DNA of 64,000 nucleotides from Desulfobacterales bacterium (GTDB lineage Bacteria; Desulfobacterota; Desulfobacteria; Desulfobacterales; JAQWFD01): NCBI GenBank assembly GCA_028704555.1, contig JAQWFD010000019.1, positions 880 to 64,879 of the forward strand, read 5' to 3'. Shown piece by piece: positions 63,089 to 64,000 of this stretch (position 1 is its first letter; each line of letters starts with the position of its first letter). The notes under the pieces were generated by a model. It saw only the letters and a program-made list of their open reading frames with translations, ran no database searches and was not told where the DNA came from. The position numbers and the translations under genes were made by a program.

Positions 63089-64000
63089 TTAATCTTTAAA
63101 ATCACCGGCATTGATTTCAAATTTTTTGATCCGGTTCCAGAGGCTTCTCTGGTTGATCCCCAGTTCCTCGGCGGCCCGGGCCTGTACGCCCCTGCTTTTT
63201 TCGAGGGCGGTGCATATGAGGGATTTTTCGATTCCCCTGACCGTTTCATCGAGGGATAATTTTTTTTGGCCCCCCCCCATGGCAGCACCAGATGGCAGCA
63301 TCAGCGCTTCAGGGGTTTTTATTTTTTCGGAAAGATCTCCGGGCCTGATCCACGCCTGATCTCCCGCCAGGACGGTCGCCCTTTCGATAATATTTTCAAG
63401 TTCCCGGATATTGCCGGGCCAGTCGTATTTTTCCAGAATAAGGAGTCCGTCCGGGTCAATCCGCTTTTCAGCGCCCGCAAGACTTAAGAAATGATCCGCA
63501 AGGGGCCGGATATCCTCTTTTCTTTTTCTCAGGGGCGGCAGGGTGATGGGAAACACATTGAGCCGGTAAAACAGATCCTCCCGGAATTCCCCCCGGGCGA
63601 TCAGTTTTTCAATATCCTTATGGGTGGCGGCAATGATGCGGACATTCACCGGTACGGCCGTGCTGCCCCCTACCCGGTTCAACTCCTTTTCCTGGAGAAC
63701 CCGCAGCAGCTTCACCTGGAGCGCAAGGGGCATGTCCCCGATCTCGTCCAGAAAAAGCGTGCCGCTGTCGGCCTGTTCAAAACAGCCTTTTTTCCGGGAA
63801 ACGGCCCCGGTAAAGGCGCCCTTTTCATGACCGAAAAGCTCGCTTTCCATCAGCCCGGAAGATATGGCGGCGCAGTTGATTTTTATGAACGGCCCGTCCT
63901 TTCTGGCGCTTTGCCGGACAATACCCCTTGCAATCAGCTCCTTGCCGGTTCCGCTCTCCCCCAGAATCAGGACGGTTGAATCCGTAGGTGCCACTTTTAT
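63089..64000 (-). CDS. sigma-54-dependent Fis-family transcriptional activator (PilR/NtrC-like), N-terminus outside the window
   Basis: AAA+ Walker [15 protein letters not shown] sigma-54 contact loop, Walker B LFLDEIG, and a C-terminal Fis HTH. Confidence 0.9.
   Translation of the reverse strand: MKVAPTDSTVLILGESGTGKELIARGIVRQSARKDGPFIKINCAAISSGLMESELFGHEKGAFTGAVSRKKGCFEQADSGTLFLDEIGDMPLALQVKLLRVLQEKELNRVGGSTAVPVNVRIIAATHKDIEKLIARGEFREDLFYRLNVFPITLPPLRKRKEDIRPLADHFLSLAGAEKRIDPDGLLILEKYDWPGNIRELENIIERATVLAGDQAWIRPGDLSEKIKTPEALMLPSGAAMGGGQKKLSLDETVRGIEKSLICTALEKSRGVQARAAEELGINQRSLWNRIKKFEINAGDFKD

Overview
A 64-kb chromosomal window of about 50% GC. The gene content looks like a Desulfobacterota-type (deltaproteobacterial) anaerobe, but that is inference from gene families only. 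All homology calls were made by eye from the ORF translations and from remembered family motifs; nothing was searched.

Core and envelope genes:
- HlyD adaptor plus ABC-2 exporter, a monoheme cytochrome c, DegP/HtrA, and DUF1499.
- LemA-TPM-TPM operon, MBL hydrolase, and a J-domain protein.
- Tat-exported FeS protein with a cytochrome-b-like partner.
- ECF sigma with an RsrA-like soluble anti-sigma, directly upstream of a PBP1B-like synthase.
- RlmK-like methyltransferase and a tripartite RND efflux pump.
- BepA-like M48/TPR protease.
- A second ECF module flanked by Spy/CpxP-like proteins.
- SpeA, rhomboid protease, OYE flavoenzyme, and a CoADR-rhodanese (persulfide-reductase-like) enzyme.
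- BtuFCD-like ABC importer.

Accessory segments:
1. 7.35-15.0 kb: type I R-M operon hsdM-hsdS-(RhuM/Doc-Fic)-hsdR.
2. 16.5-19.5 kb: a repeat-bounded cassette. It holds two decayed Y1 (IS200-like) transposase genes and a stand-alone ExoY/CyaA/EF-type class II nucleotidyl cyclase homologue. This cyclase is the most unusual gene in the window.
3. 48.5-51.4 kb: a RAYT-like Y1 transposase flanked by inverted repeats. Next to it are a signal-peptide-bearing deaminase, a SAM methyltransferase and a binding-protein gene fragment.
4. 55.7-64 kb: a type IV pilin/pseudopilin locus. It contains a minor-pilin operon with a 595-aa PilX-like protein and two divergent major-pilin paralogues. It also has a good sigma-54 promoter, a PilR-like activator, an intact Y1 transposase and the deletion relic of a paralogous operon.

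A roughly 165-bp hairpin-containing MITE/REP-like repeat family and CTGNCCT heptad arrays are scattered through intergenic DNA. I recognised no rRNA, tRNA or CRISPR array.
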